From NCBI GenBank assembly GCA_017483225.1, contig JAFULF010000008.1, positions 50,927 to 114,926 of the forward strand: a stretch of DNA of 64,000 nt, in the 5' to 3' direction. Position 1 is the stretch's first letter. Every line of letters starts with the position of its first letter. Shown one piece after another: positions 1-8,331 of this stretch. Source of the DNA: Alistipes sp. (lineage in GTDB: Bacteria > Bacteroidota > Bacteroidia > Bacteroidales > Rikenellaceae). Under the pieces are notes generated by a model. It ran no database searches. It was not told the DNA's origin and saw only the letters and a program-made list of their open reading frames with translations. A program made the position numbers and the translations under genes.

Positions 1-2037
1 CTCCGCCGTGGAGGCGGTGACCAGATTCTCGACCAGCCACGCCGGCCCGAAAGCCGAGGAGCGCACGGCAGGCTCACCCTCGCTCGTAATCACATAGCGG
101 GTGTTGAGCATATCGAGCACGCCCTCGTCGAGCGAGAGCAGGTAGCGGTCTATAATATCCTGATAACGACCGAGCTTTGCACCGTGGTAGCCTCCCACCG
201 AGCGGTGGAACATCGAGGTCGTAGCATCGTTGAACGGCGAGACGGAGAGGTTCAGCACCCTATATCCGAGCGATGCATCCTCCATTATCGCCTCGTCGGC
301 CTCGCTTGGTCGCATCTGCACCTTGCGTGGCGAGACGAAGTCGTCGTGGGAGAGGTACCTGAAAGCCACGCCACCCAAGTCCAGCGTCACAAGCAGAGCG
401 ATGATGGCGACCATATAACCCCTCTTCAAGCGACCCAGTGCGCACAGCGCAACGCACGCCGCCGCAAGCAGCACGAAGAGGAGTGTGCGCAGGGCATCGG
501 CCGTAAGGATATCGGCTCGCTCACGAGCCATAGCATCGGCAACCTCGAAGCCCAACTCATCGTGCAACCCCTTGGCGATATAGTCGTCGGCACCCGACTG
601 TTTAAGCATATAGTAGAACTGCTCGCTCATCATCTGCCCGTCAGCCTCACGGCCGAAGTCGAACAACGAGGAGCCAAAGAGGGCGAAGAGCAGAGCGACG
701 ACCACAGAGAGCCCCGCAGCGGTCGCCGTAGCCCGCAGCAGTCGCCTCTTGTCGTCACAACGCCACAGCTGCCAGAGTGCAAGACCCGCCAGCAGCGGCA
801 CGCTCCACTCGACAAGCATCAAGGCCATAGACACCGTGCGGAACTTATTGTACAGAGGCAGATACTTGAAGCACAACTCCGTGAACCACATCATATTATG
901 TCCCCACGAGAGGAGCAGGGCGAGCAGCGTCGCCACCACTATCCACCAGCGGTTTCGATTGGAGGCAAGCAGCACACCCAGCAGGGCCAAGAATACCACC
1001 ACGGCACCCAGATATGTCGGGCCCGCCGTATATGGTTGCTCACCCCAATATGTAGGCAACTGTGTCGCCACCTCCGCCATACCGAGTTCATCGAGGGCCT
1101 CCGCCACGGCACCATCCGCAGAGAAGGTCTTGGCAGAGTCGCCACCCATAAAGTCAGGGATAAACATATTCCAGCTCTCGGCCTTGCCGTAGCTCCACGC
1201 TGTGGCGTACTCCAAGTCAAGGCCCTTGTTCGCAACATTATCCACAGCCACCTCGCTACCGCCACGTGTGGTGTCGGCCGTGTGTTGCATCGTATAGAAG
1301 AGCGACGAGAAGTTGGCTCCTACGGCCAACGTCGCCGCAACAGCCAGGACTGCCGTGCGTTTGGCAAATTCCCGCATAGCCTTCTCCCGCCACGCAAATA
1401 TGGCATCGCTTACCCACAACGCCACGATGGCAAGCAGGAAGTAGTAGGTCACCTGCGGATGGTTGGCACCTATCTCCAACGCCGCAAAGAGTGCCGACAG
1501 CGCACCTCCGAGCAGGATATGCCGGCTGCGCAGGGTCATATATATCGCACCCATCATCGCCGGAGCATAGACCGCCGCCCACATCTTCGTAACGTGTCCC
1601 GCACCTATTATAAGGAAGAAGTAGGTCGAGAGTCCGTATGCCAGCCCCACTACAATACCTATCCACGGCGAGATGCCCATCATAACGACCATCAGCCACG
1701 CCGACAACATCGCAAAGAGGAGGAAAGATATAGGGGTGTCGATGGTCCCGAGCACCCAATCCGTCGCACGCTTGATGATTTGGGCCGGATAGCGGATATT
1801 TATCATATATGCCGGCATACCGCCAAACATCGCACCCGTCCACTGCGGGTCCTCACCCGTTTCGGCACGGCACTCCCTGATATCACGACTCATACCGTCA
1901 AACTGCTGAATATCGTGCTGCGGAAGCACCCTCCCCTCAAATTGTGGCGCAAAGCAGACCGCCGACACCACAAAGAACAGAGCAACAGCCGTTAAGAGCG
2001 GTGTGGCCCTCTTCAATATTTCGATAAATTTATCCAT
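1..2037 (-). CDS. YfhO-family polytopic membrane protein (N-terminal part; C-terminus runs off the left edge)
   Basis: Absent from the ORF track because the frame is still open at position 1. My reverse-strand translation from ATG at 2037..2035 reads MDKFIEILKRATPLLTAVALFFVVSAVCFAPQFEGRVLPQHDIQQFDGMSRDIRECRAETGEDPQWTGAMFGGMPAYMINIRYPAQII... followed by many hydrophobic spans. This N-terminal pattern matches Bacteroidales YfhO-family proteins from memory. The 603-aa + strand ORF here is its antisense shadow. Confidence 0.7.
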   Translation of the reverse strand, partial: MDKFIEILKRATPLLTAVALFFVVSAVCFAPQFEGRVLPQHDIQQFDGMSRDIRECRAETGEDPQWTGAMFGGMPAYMINIRYPAQIIKRATDWVLGTIDTPISFLLFAMLSAWLMVVMMGISPWIGIVVGLAYGLSTYFFLIIGAGHVTKMWAAVYAPAMMGAIYMTLRSRHILLGGALSALFAALEIGANHPQVTYYFLLAIVALWVSDAIFAWREKAMREFAKRTAVLAVAATLAVGANFSSLFYTMQHTADTTRGGSEVAVDNVANKGLDLEYATAWSYGKAESWNMFIPDFMGGDSAKTFSADGAVAEALDELGMAEVATQLPTYWGEQPYTAGPTYLGAVVVFLALLGVLLASNRNRWWIVVATLLALLLSWGHNMMWFTELCFKYLPLYNKFRTVSMALMLVEWSVPLLAGLALWQLWRCDDKRRLLRATATAAGLSVVVALLFALFGSSLFDFGREADGQMMSEQFYYMLKQSGADDYIAKGLHDELGFEVADAMARERADILTADALRTLLFVLLAAACVALCALGRLKRGYMVAIIALLVTLDLGGVAFRYLSHDDFVSPRKVQMRPSEADEAIMEDASLGYRVLNLSVSPFNDATTSMFHRSVGGYHGAKLGRYQDIIDRYLLSLDEGVLDMLNTRYVITSEGEPAVRSSAFGPAWLVENLVTASTAE

Positions 2038-2107
2038 TTTGCACTTCTATAACGGTCAAAGATAGAAAAAAACATTCAGATATTGGCCTCGACTGATGAA
2101 AATTCAC

Positions 2108-2115
2108 TATCTTTG
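2108..2115 (+). promoter_or_regulatory. candidate Bacteroidetes -7 box (TATCTTTG) upstream of the polyprenyl synthase gene
   Basis: Exact match to the TAnnTTTG -7 consensus of Bacteroides sigma-A promoters, 19 nt before the ATG at 2134. Confidence 0.3.
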
Positions 2116-2133
2116 TTCGGATAAAGACTATTT

Positions 2134-3120
2134 ATGGTAACACTTGACGATATACGACGCCCCGTTGCATCGCAACTCGAAGAGTTCAACTCCTTTGTTC
2201 GCCAAGCCTTCAACGAGAAGCCGGGAACACTGTTGGGCGATATGATTGACTACATCCTGACCTCCCGAGGCAAAGGGCTCCGCCCGATAATCACAATGCT
2301 CTCGGCAGGTGCCCTCTCCCCGACGGGCAACTTCGGCAAGCGCACAATGCTCGCCGCAATGCTCGTGGAGATGATACACGTCGCATCGCTGGTACACGAC
2401 GACGTCATAGACGAGTCGAATATGCGCCGAGGCCGTGCATCGGTAAATGCCCGCTGGCAATCCCGCAATGCGGTAATCGTCGGCGACTACATCCTGGCAA
2501 AGAATATGGATATAGGCCTTAAAAGCGGGCAGTTCGACCTGCTCAACCACATCATCGGCGGTATGACGGTGCTCTGTGAGGGCGAGATTCTCCAAAGCGA
2601 CCACGCCGGCAAGCTCGACACCTCCCGTGAGGCCTACTTCGACATCATCTACAAAAAGACCGCCAGCCTCTTCGGCACCTGCGCATCGGCGGGAGCCCTC
2701 TCCGTAGGAGCCTCTCACCGAGATATCTCGGCAATGCGCAACTTCGGCGAGGCGCTGGGTATGGCGTTCCAGATTGTGGATGACATATTGGACTATACGC
2801 CCGACAACAACGCCGGCAAGCCTGCGGCAAACGACCTGCGTGAGCGCAAAATCACACTCCCGCTGATAGAGGTATTGGAGAGAGTGGATGAGGCTGAGCG
2901 TGAGCAGATTATCAAGCTGGTAGAGGAGTGCGCCACCAGCGATGAGGCGGTAGAGTCAATCCGTGAGCGTGTCGAGCGATACGATGGTGTGAACCTTGCA
3001 CGTCGAACTATGCAGCGATTCCTGCAACGTGCAATGTCGGAGTTGGCGACCCTCGCCGAGACCCCGTTCCGTCAGGCGATGATGGATTTGTGCACCTTCG
3101 TAGCCGAGCGTGACCGATAG
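2134..3120 (+). CDS. ispB: polyprenyl diphosphate synthase (octaprenyl-diphosphate synthase-like)
   Basis: Has the two aspartate-rich motifs LVHDDVIDES and FQIVDDILDY. The 328-aa length is typical of trans-isoprenyl diphosphate synthases. Confidence 0.85.
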   Translation: MVTLDDIRRPVASQLEEFNSFVRQAFNEKPGTLLGDMIDYILTSRGKGLRPIITMLSAGALSPTGNFGKRTMLAAMLVEMIHVASLVHDDVIDESNMRRGRASVNARWQSRNAVIVGDYILAKNMDIGLKSGQFDLLNHIIGGMTVLCEGEILQSDHAGKLDTSREAYFDIIYKKTASLFGTCASAGALSVGASHRDISAMRNFGEALGMAFQIVDDILDYTPDNNAGKPAANDLRERKITLPLIEVLERVDEAEREQIIKLVEECATSDEAVESIRERVERYDGVNLARRTMQRFLQRAMSELATLAETPFRQAMMDLCTFVAERDR

Positions 3121-3181
3121 AGGAGTTTGCCCGCTTCGGTTGTATAACTATTGATAGAACAACCTAAAAAAATAAAAATTT

Positions 3182-4477
3182 ATGAAAGCAGAACAGAAGA
3201 ATTACACACTGCCTATTATTATGATGTTTGCTCTCTTCTTTATGATTGCATTCGTCACAGGTTTGCAGAATCCGCTGGGCGTAATCGTCAAGGAGCAGTT
3301 CAAACTCGCCGATTGGCAGACCCAACTCGGAAATGCGGCCAACTTTATCGCCTACGCCTTTATGGGCTACCCTGCGGGCCTGCTCTTGCAGCGTATCGGC
3401 TACAAGAAGACCGCTCTGTGGGCTATCGCCATCGGATTTGTCGGCGTAGCGGTTATCCTGCTCGGCGGTGTTGCCGTTGACTTCTACATCTACCTCACCG
3501 GCGCCTTTATCGGCGGCTTCTCGATGTGTATGCTCAACACTGTTGTAAACCCTATGCTCAACACCATCGGTGGCGGTGGCAACCGAGGCAACCAGCTCGT
3601 ACAGTTTGGCGGCTCCTGCAACTCGCTCGGCGCAACCATCGTTCCCGTACTCGGCGGCTACCTTATGAGCAGCAATGCGGGCGTTGAGGGCGCTACAAAG
3701 ACCATCCTCGACACTGCCCCTGCACTCTACCTCGCTCTGGGTATCTTCGCCCTGGCATTCTTCGTGCTCTGGCTCACCAACATTCCGGAGCCATACGTTG
3801 CCCGTGAGCAGCAGGACAAGAACGACACCCACTCGGCACTCTCGTTCCGCCACTTTGTACTCGGTGCGGTTGCCATCTTTATTTACGTGGGTATCGAGGT
3901 GGGTATTCCGAATATCGCAAACCTCTTTATGACCGAGAAGACAACCGCCGGCGGCCTTGGCATCGCCGAGGGCACTGCGGGTATGATTATCGGCTTCTAC
4001 TGGTTGCTGATGCTGGCCGGTCGCCTTATCGGCGGCGTTATCGGCGGTCGTGTATCGTCGAAGGCTATGCTTACAACCGTATCTACCGCAGGTATTATCC
4101 TCGTATTGCTCGCCATCTTCCTGCCACAGGTGCAGGTGCAGATGCCGGCATTCGACAAGGAGAACCTCTCGTTTATGCTCACTCCGGTACCTGTTAATAT
4201 CTTGTTGCTGATGCTCTGCGGCCTTTGCACCTCCGTTATGTGGGGCGGCATCTTCAACCTCGCTGTCGAGGGTCTCGGCAAGTACACCTCGAAGGCCTCC
4301 GGTATCTTTATGGTGATGGTATGCGGTGGCGGCATCCTGCCTCTTGTTCAGGGATTCATCGCCGACAAATCGACCTATATGAACTCCTACTGGGTGGTTA
4401 TCGTCGCCCTCGTTTATCTGGTATTCTACGCCTTGGTTGGCTCGAAGAACGTAAACAAGGATATCAAGGTGGATTAA
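3182..4477 (+). CDS. sugar MFS transporter (glucose/galactose-fucose permease family)
   Basis: 431 aa with about 12 hydrophobic spans. The N-terminus ...PIIMMFALFFMIAFVTGLQNPLGVIVKEQF resembles GluP/FucP-type permeases. Confidence 0.75.
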   Translation: MKAEQKNYTLPIIMMFALFFMIAFVTGLQNPLGVIVKEQFKLADWQTQLGNAANFIAYAFMGYPAGLLLQRIGYKKTALWAIAIGFVGVAVILLGGVAVDFYIYLTGAFIGGFSMCMLNTVVNPMLNTIGGGGNRGNQLVQFGGSCNSLGATIVPVLGGYLMSSNAGVEGATKTILDTAPALYLALGIFALAFFVLWLTNIPEPYVAREQQDKNDTHSALSFRHFVLGAVAIFIYVGIEVGIPNIANLFMTEKTTAGGLGIAEGTAGMIIGFYWLLMLAGRLIGGVIGGRVSSKAMLTTVSTAGIILVLLAIFLPQVQVQMPAFDKENLSFMLTPVPVNILLLMLCGLCTSVMWGGIFNLAVEGLGKYTSKASGIFMVMVCGGGILPLVQGFIADKSTYMNSYWVVIVALVYLVFYALVGSKNVNKDIKVD

Positions 4478-4517
4478 GCGTTATAAATCGCCCTCTTCGT
4501 GGGGCGGAAGAGAGAGT

Positions 4518-4555
4518 AGGGCGTTGCACTTTCGGGGTGCAATGCCCTCTTTTTT
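4518..4555 (+). terminator. intrinsic terminator after the MFS transporter gene
   Basis: AGGGCGTTGCAC-TTTCGG-GGTGCAATGCCCT hairpin followed by CTTTTTTG. Confidence 0.7.
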
Positions 4556-4863
4556 GTGCGAAGAGGGTGGAGTTTTGAAAATTTATGAATATTTATTGTT
4601 TCCTGCTTTTTATTATCATTTTTTAACCTAATCATACCCCCACAGTCCCAAAAGGGCCTGTTTTACGATTCGCCTGCTTACAAATCGTAACCAACCACCA
4701 CACACGCATACGGGTTGACGTAGTTAAAATATTTGGAGATTTTCGATTTTCTTGCTAACTTGCTCGGCGAAATGCGCATAAGCGCACGCACGCACAAGGT
4801 TTCCGGGGGAACTTTTTGCGAGGATTTGAACAAAAATAAGTGTTAATTAATATCAAATTTCAG

Positions 4864-5547
4864 ATGAAAAACTTTGTAAAGACTTTTATGACCCTTTCGA
4901 TGTTTGTGCTCTGCATCGGCCTTACCTCTTGCTACGACACCGTACCGGAGGCCGATGAGGTAACCATCAGCATCAAAGAGGGTGTGGCTACCGAGAACTC
5001 TATCTCGTTCACAATCACCTCCGAGGGTGCAACTTCGGGTGTTTATTGGGTGTATAAGGCTTCGGAGCCGATAGAGCTCAACATCAGCGACGGTATGATG
5101 TTCACCGTAAATACCGAGACAGAGGTTGTCGTTGAGAACCTCACACCGGGAACACGCTACAACATCAACGCCTATGCCAAGAACCTTGTGAACGAGGCTA
5201 CCACCAAGACTATCTCGATGGTGACTCTCGAAGAGACTCCTACCCCTGTGGTTAAGGTCGATTTCGACAGCAATAGCGACATTACCGCTACAAGCGCAAC
5301 CTTCGCCGTTACGCTCACCAACGCCGAGGAGGCTGCGTGGGTCGTAAGCCCTATGGGCGACGATATGACCGCTGACGAGATTTTCGCCAACGGCACCAAG
5401 ATTGTGCCAACGCAGTGGCAGCAGAGCGTAGTTCAGACCAAGGAGGGGCTCACTCCAAACACACAGTACGATATGTGGGTGGCTGCAAAGAATGGCACAA
5501 AGGTTTGCGAACCTGTATTGAAGACCTTCACAACGAAGGCCGAGTAA
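4864..5547 (+). CDS. surface lipoprotein with FN3-like repeats (function unknown)
   Basis: I trimmed the start to MKNFVKTFMTLSMFVLCIGLTSC (lipobox, Cys followed by acidic residues). The body is repeated beta-rich modules ending in the LTPGTRY..AYAKN / LTPNTQYDMWVAAKN FN3-like signature. Confidence 0.65.
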   Translation: MKNFVKTFMTLSMFVLCIGLTSCYDTVPEADEVTISIKEGVATENSISFTITSEGATSGVYWVYKASEPIELNISDGMMFTVNTETEVVVENLTPGTRYNINAYAKNLVNEATTKTISMVTLEETPTPVVKVDFDSNSDITATSATFAVTLTNAEEAAWVVSPMGDDMTADEIFANGTKIVPTQWQQSVVQTKEGLTPNTQYDMWVAAKNGTKVCEPVLKTFTTKAE

Positions 5548-5578
5548 GCAATCAAGGAACTATTAAAACTCGTATAGT

Positions 5579-7249
5579 ATGAAGATGTTGAAGAGTCTGT
5601 TGATGCTCGCTACGATAGGAGCAGCAACTATATTCGCCTCTTGCGACCCGAAGGGTCCACAAGGAGGCAACGAGGGCGGAGGTGATACCTCAAAGGTCGG
5701 TATCGAGATTACCACCGGCAATATCACCGAGGGCAGCCTCTCCTTCTCTGTAACCACAACCAATGCCGACAAGGTGCTCTGGTGGCTCCATCCGACACAG
5801 GATGCCATCACCAGCGGCAAGTTGAATATGGCAGAGGGTACGGAGATTGAGGCAGGTGCAGATGTTGAGGTTAAGATTAGCGACTTGAAGTCCGCTACGG
5901 CCTACACATTCTACGTATATGCCGAGAATGGCGAATCGACCCTCTACAAGACCGCCTACGCAACTACACTGAGACCGGGCGAGGGCCCTGCGGCTCCGAA
6001 GGTGAGCGTCGAGGGCGACAAGGTGACTGCCGACAGCGCATCCTTCTGGATTGTTTGCGACAAGGATTGCGAGGGCGTATGGTACTTAGTAGTGCCTGAG
6101 GGTGAGAGCGTAACCGCCGACAAGGTTAAGAGTGAGGGTACAGCCATCACCGCAGAGGATATAGCCTATGGCGAGAAGCTCATCGAGGTTACCGGCCTTG
6201 CAGCCAAGACCTCCTACGACGTATATGCGGCGGCAGAGCGTAGCGATGTGCTCGGACTCTCGAAGGTGTGCAAGATTAGAACGCAGGCGGCAAACCTCTT
6301 CGTTTACTTCAACGAGGTAAGAAGCCTCTCGCCGGAGAGCTTTGGCGAGGATAACCGTTGGCTTGTTGCCTTCACGGTTGTTGATGCAGATACCGGCGAG
6401 GCAGTAAATGACGACACCATCTCGTTCCACTTTGTGGATACCACCGAGAACGGATACCTCGGCGGCACATACAACCCAATCTCTACCGACTCGATTACGG
6501 GCGAGGAGAGCAGCCTTATGGGCTTCATTCCTGATGGCGGATACTCCAACTTCATCTACAAGAGTGTAGTTTACGAGTTCTTTATGCCGGAGGCGGGTAC
6601 CGAGAGCCAGTACTACGTAAAGATTAGCGGCGGTATGGTTACCGGCACCGACTACAACGAGGTTCAGATTCGTCTGCCTTACAGAGATGTTGATGGCAAC
6701 GTATATCTGCTCGAAGACACCTACAAGGGCCCACTCAACTATGCGGGCAACTCGGGTGCACAGACTGCCGAGCGTGACAACCTCTATCTGCTCAGAAATA
6801 TGACCTCGGAGTGGGACGGCAATACCGTGACCCTCTTCGCAAGCGGCGTTGCCACAGGCTCTATAACGCTCGTTCTCAACACCCCTGATGGCAAGATTGC
6901 ACCTGAGGGCGATATGAGATTCTACGAGATTGGCGACAACTCTCTGGATGCCGAGAAGAGTAACTTCACCGAGTACGCTATGGGATTGGATACTATGGAC
7001 TGGGTGTTCAAGTTCACCAACGGAGGTTTGACCTTCGAGCGTCTGGCCGACTCGGCAGATGGCAAGGAGCGTTACCAGATTACCCTTCCGAAGAAGGGCG
7101 GCGGAATGATTCCTGACAACCCGAAGATTTTGCAGGGAACGATGACCGAGCCAAAGATGCTGATTCTTACCTTTGTTAATAATGAGGTAGAGCAGTGGAT
7201 TGTTACCGTCACCCCAAAGGATGAGGTGCAGGACGAAACCGTGAACTAA
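5579..7249 (+). CDS. surface lipoprotein with N-terminal FN3-like repeats and a large C-terminal domain of unknown function
   Basis: Signal/lipobox MKMLKSLLMLATIGAATIFASCDPKG. Two FN3-like units (LKSATAYTFYVYAEN, LAAKTSYDVYAAAE) precede about 320 aa that I do not recognise. Confidence 0.65.
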   Translation: MKMLKSLLMLATIGAATIFASCDPKGPQGGNEGGGDTSKVGIEITTGNITEGSLSFSVTTTNADKVLWWLHPTQDAITSGKLNMAEGTEIEAGADVEVKISDLKSATAYTFYVYAENGESTLYKTAYATTLRPGEGPAAPKVSVEGDKVTADSASFWIVCDKDCEGVWYLVVPEGESVTADKVKSEGTAITAEDIAYGEKLIEVTGLAAKTSYDVYAAAERSDVLGLSKVCKIRTQAANLFVYFNEVRSLSPESFGEDNRWLVAFTVVDADTGEAVNDDTISFHFVDTTENGYLGGTYNPISTDSITGEESSLMGFIPDGGYSNFIYKSVVYEFFMPEAGTESQYYVKISGGMVTGTDYNEVQIRLPYRDVDGNVYLLEDTYKGPLNYAGNSGAQTAERDNLYLLRNMTSEWDGNTVTLFASGVATGSITLVLNTPDGKIAPEGDMRFYEIGDNSLDAEKSNFTEYAMGLDTMDWVFKFTNGGLTFERLADSADGKERYQITLPKKGGGMIPDNPKILQGTMTEPKMLILTFVNNEVEQWIVTVTPKDEVQDETVN

Positions 7250-7275
7250 CATACATACACAACAGAAGCAGAGGG

Positions 7276-7312
7276 GCGTGTCCAACAAGTTTTCGGACAC
7301 GCTCTTTCTTTT
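7276..7312 (+). terminator. intrinsic terminator hairpin, identical copy at 14598-14634
   Basis: GCGTGTCC-AACAAGTTTTC-GGACACGC followed by TCTTTCTTTT, 27 nt after the stop at 7249. Confidence 0.7.
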
Positions 7313-7313
7313 C

Positions 7314-7524
7314 AGAAGTTGTATAACAAGTGCTAATTTTAGGCTTGCGAAGCCCGAAAAAGCGCAACCGACGCAGCAAGCGAGCGCAGAAGGGGCTTGC
7401 CCATTATGCCAAGCCGCAAGGAGGAAAAAGGTGCCGAAAAATATCGGCACCTTTAATTTACTCGGCGTAAATGAGCATTTCGAGGGCGAGTATAACGACA
7501 AAGTAGCCTTGTTAGACAGCTTCT
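7314..7524 (+). mobile_element. MITE-like element, copy A (carries a ~90-bp internal insertion at 7367-7456)
   Basis: Left end AGAAGTTGTATAACAAG, right end CTTGTTAGACAGCTTCT (inverted, 15 of 17). The interior matches copies at 14636-14757 and 56599-56721 apart from the insertion. Confidence 0.7.
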
Positions 7525-7619
7525 TTTTGCATTATACGACAACAAAGCGGTCTTGTCGGGCGACACCTCTTTTTGACGGTATGTATAAGCAATTCCTATT
7601 CCTGCATAAAAAATAAGTA

Positions 7620-7650
7620 TTTGACATTTAATAAAAAGGTTGTATCTTCG
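7620..7650 (+). promoter_or_regulatory. candidate promoter of rubrerythrin gene (-33 TTTG, -7 TATCTTCG)
   Basis: TTTG at 7620-7623 and TATCTTCG at 7643-7650 (7 of 8 to TAnnTTTG), 19 nt apart. This is the spacing expected for Bacteroides promoters. Confidence 0.35.
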
Positions 7651-7697
7651 CAGTAGATAACAGAAAAAAAACATTAACAAATAAAAAAATTACAACT

Positions 7698-8234
7698 ATG
7701 AAAGAATTGAAAGGAACCAAGACTGAGCAGAATTTGTGGACAGCATTTGCAGGCGAGTCGCAGGCTCGTAATAAGTACACCTACTTTGCATCCGTAGCGA
7801 AGAAGGAGGGATATGTTCAGATTTCTAAACTCTTCGAGGAGACAGCCAACAACGAGAAGGAGCACGCCAAGATTTGGTTCAAGCTCTTGCAGGGCATCGG
7901 CACCACTGCCGAGAACCTTCGTGCTGCTGCCGAGGGCGAGAACTACGAGTGGACCGATATGTACGCAACCTTCGCAAAGGAGGCTCGTGAGGAGGGTCTG
8001 GACGAGATTGCCGCCCTGTTTGAGGGTGTTGCGAAGATTGAGAAGGAGCACGAGGAGCGTTACCTCAAACTGCTGGCAAACGTAGAGGGCGGCCTGGTAT
8101 TCTCTCGTGAGGGCGACACCATCTGGCAGTGCTCAAACTGCGGCCACATCGTGGTAGGCAAGAAGGCTCCAGAGGTTTGCCCTGTATGTAACCACCCACA
8201 GGCTCACTTCGAGATTAAGGCAGAGAACTACTAA
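7698..8234 (+). CDS. rbr: rubrerythrin
   Basis: N-terminal ferritin-like diiron domain ([24 protein letters not shown]) and C-terminal rubredoxin-like CSNCGH...CPVCNH. Confidence 0.92.
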   Translation: MKELKGTKTEQNLWTAFAGESQARNKYTYFASVAKKEGYVQISKLFEETANNEKEHAKIWFKLLQGIGTTAENLRAAAEGENYEWTDMYATFAKEAREEGLDEIAALFEGVAKIEKEHEERYLKLLANVEGGLVFSREGDTIWQCSNCGHIVVGKKAPEVCPVCNHPQAHFEIKAENY

Positions 8235-8257
8235 AAAAAGCCCGACAAATAACAAAA

Positions 8258-8294
8258 GGTCTGCCTGACTCGATGGGTCAAGCGGACCTTTTTT
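8258..8294 (+). terminator. intrinsic terminator after rbr
   Basis: GGTCTGC...GCGGACC stem (one G-U pair) followed by TTTTTT. Confidence 0.6.
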
Positions 8295-8331
8295 GCACCT
8301 TGCAGAGTTTTGAACCATAAACATTAGGACT

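Noticed and set aside
184-1995. 603-aa ORF on the + strand, the longest ORF listed for this region
   Set aside because: Its composition is Arg/His/Gln-rich and unlike a real protein. It is exactly antisense to a clean YfhO-like membrane-protein frame that is open to the window edge. It is the typical antisense shadow ORF of GC-rich third-position coding.
6086-7501. 471-aa ORF on the - strand overlapping the 556-aa lipoprotein gene
   Set aside because: It starts inside the MITE repeat (MSLYSPSKCSF...) and runs antisense through a gene with a clear lipobox and domain structure. Its composition is Leu/Arg/Val-rich with no recognisable motifs.
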